Positions 60,730 through 61,615 of a DNA stretch of 61,615 bases are shown one piece after another; within the stretch, counting starts at the first letter, position 1; every line of letters starts with the position of its first letter. The notes below the pieces were generated by a model. It did not search any database and had not been told where the DNA came from. It was given only the letters and a program-made list of their open reading frames with translations. A program made the translations under genes and the position numbers. This stretch comes from a candidate division WOR-3 bacterium (GTDB lineage: Bacteria; Hydrothermota; Tepidihabitantia; Tepidihabitantales; Tepidihabitantaceae). Location of the stretch: positions 1 to 61,615 of the forward strand of contig CBFGJV010000015.1 in NCBI GenBank assembly GCA_965649205.1, written 5' to 3'.

Positions 60730-61296
60730 GTGACAAACTCTACATTCTTTCTTGAACTTTGCCGAATACGTCGGTCGGTCCGCCGATTCGCAGACCGACC
60801 GGTCGAGCGCGAAAAACTTGAGTACTGCCTTGAGGCCGCTCGCTTCGCTCCCTCAGCGGACAATTTCCAGCCCTGGCGATTCCTCGTGTTCGACGACCCG
60901 GAAAAGAAGAAGGCCCTAGCCGACGTGGCATTCAAGGGTGTTTTTGCCGCGTCACGCTGGGCCGCAAGAGCGCCGGTACTTGTGGCCCTCTTGCTCAAGG
61001 AAAGCCTGCTTGTCAACCGGCTCGGAGGAGGAGCTGCCGGAACACCCTTCCAGCATGTGGACGTTGGCATCGCGGGCGAGCACTTTGTTCTAGCTGCGGC
61101 CGAACAGGGCCTTGGTACTTGCTGGATTGGATGGTTCGACGGCCGCGGTCTACTAAGACATCTCGGTGTCAGGAAACGGGGATACAAGCCTGTATGCCTG
61201 ATTGCAGTTGGCTACCCGGAAACTGATAAGGCGCAGTACGAACCCAAACGCAAACCGGTATCCGAAATCGCGTTCTGGAACTCCGGCCCACCGTAG
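60730..61296 (+). CDS. Nitroreductase family protein
   Basis: RRSVRRF, APSADNFQPW, GLGTCWIGWF. Confidence 0.92.
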   Translation: MTNSTFFLELCRIRRSVRRFADRPVEREKLEYCLEAARFAPSADNFQPWRFLVFDDPEKKKALADVAFKGVFAASRWAARAPVLVALLLKESLLVNRLGGGAAGTPFQHVDVGIAGEHFVLAAAEQGLGTCWIGWFDGRGLLRHLGVRKRGYKPVCLIAVGYPETDKAQYEPKRKPVSEIAFWNSGPP

Positions 61297-61361
61297 ACCT
61301 CATACTAGTGTCCGACTCATCACTCGACTCGACCGGCCCCAAGAACCGATATAGATCATTG

Positions 61362-61446
61362 TGTCACCCTGAGCGAACGAAGCGAGTCGAATGGTCTCTC
61401 AGGCGCGGTTCTTCGCTCCGGCGTTCCGCCGTCGCTCAGAACGACA
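61362..61446. repeat. REP/MITE-like palindromic element
   Basis: TGTCACCCTGAGCGA...TCGCTCAGAACGACA imperfect inverted ends. Confidence 0.65.
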
Positions 61447-61539
61447 GCACCCGGCAGGTGGAGCCAACCCTCTTGTCCTGGCAGGCACGATCAGCCTGTA
61501 GCCGTCGCTCTGTGTCGATTCTCGAGCCGGCCCCTGTTG

Positions 61540-61567
61540 TTGACAGTTACCTCAGAATAGTTATGAT
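61540..61567 (+). promoter_or_regulatory. Putative promoter of a gene starting at 61592
   Basis: TTGACA-N16-TATGAT, then SD AGGAGG and ATG 61592. Confidence 0.65.
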
Positions 61568-61591
61568 TCCGTAGGTCCCAAAGGAGGACTA

Positions 61592-61615
61592 ATGTCTTTT
61601 TCCCGTTCGCTCACG
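61592..61615 (+). CDS. 5' end of a gene truncated by the window edge
   Basis: SD AGGAGG + ATG, frame open to the end; too short to identify. Confidence 0.5.

Overview
Bacterial chromosomal segment with about 45 genes. The taxon is inferred to be an FCB-superphylum anaerobe, possibly WOR-3-like, from several secreted proteins with T9SS/FlgD-type C-terminal sorting domains plus several archaeal-type housekeeping genes. It carries Thr/Met metabolism genes, bioY, secreted M23/M1/C25 peptidases, asd, pckA-ppdK, murJ, deoC, kbl, an EndoQ-like nuclease, acpS, topA, transporters, a serpin, an IS256 element and a ~10 kb type I restriction-modification locus. The best candidate for an undescribed system lies inside the R-M operon, between hsdS and a leftover copy of an hsdS 3' end. 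It is a DUF3800 gene translationally coupled to a small BECR-like putative nuclease gene, faced head-on by a promoter-equipped ~58-nt two-hairpin putative small RNA. Other notable signals are a composite GGGAGTA heptamer/15-mer repeat element at gene junctions and in frame inside a protease, a four-helix-bundle gene punctuated by 9-bp repeats, a lipoprotein frameshifted at a G10 tract, and many TTGACN-N16-TANNNT promoters, several apparently leaderless. No tRNA, rRNA or CRISPR array was seen. All family calls come from motif recognition by eye, not database searches.
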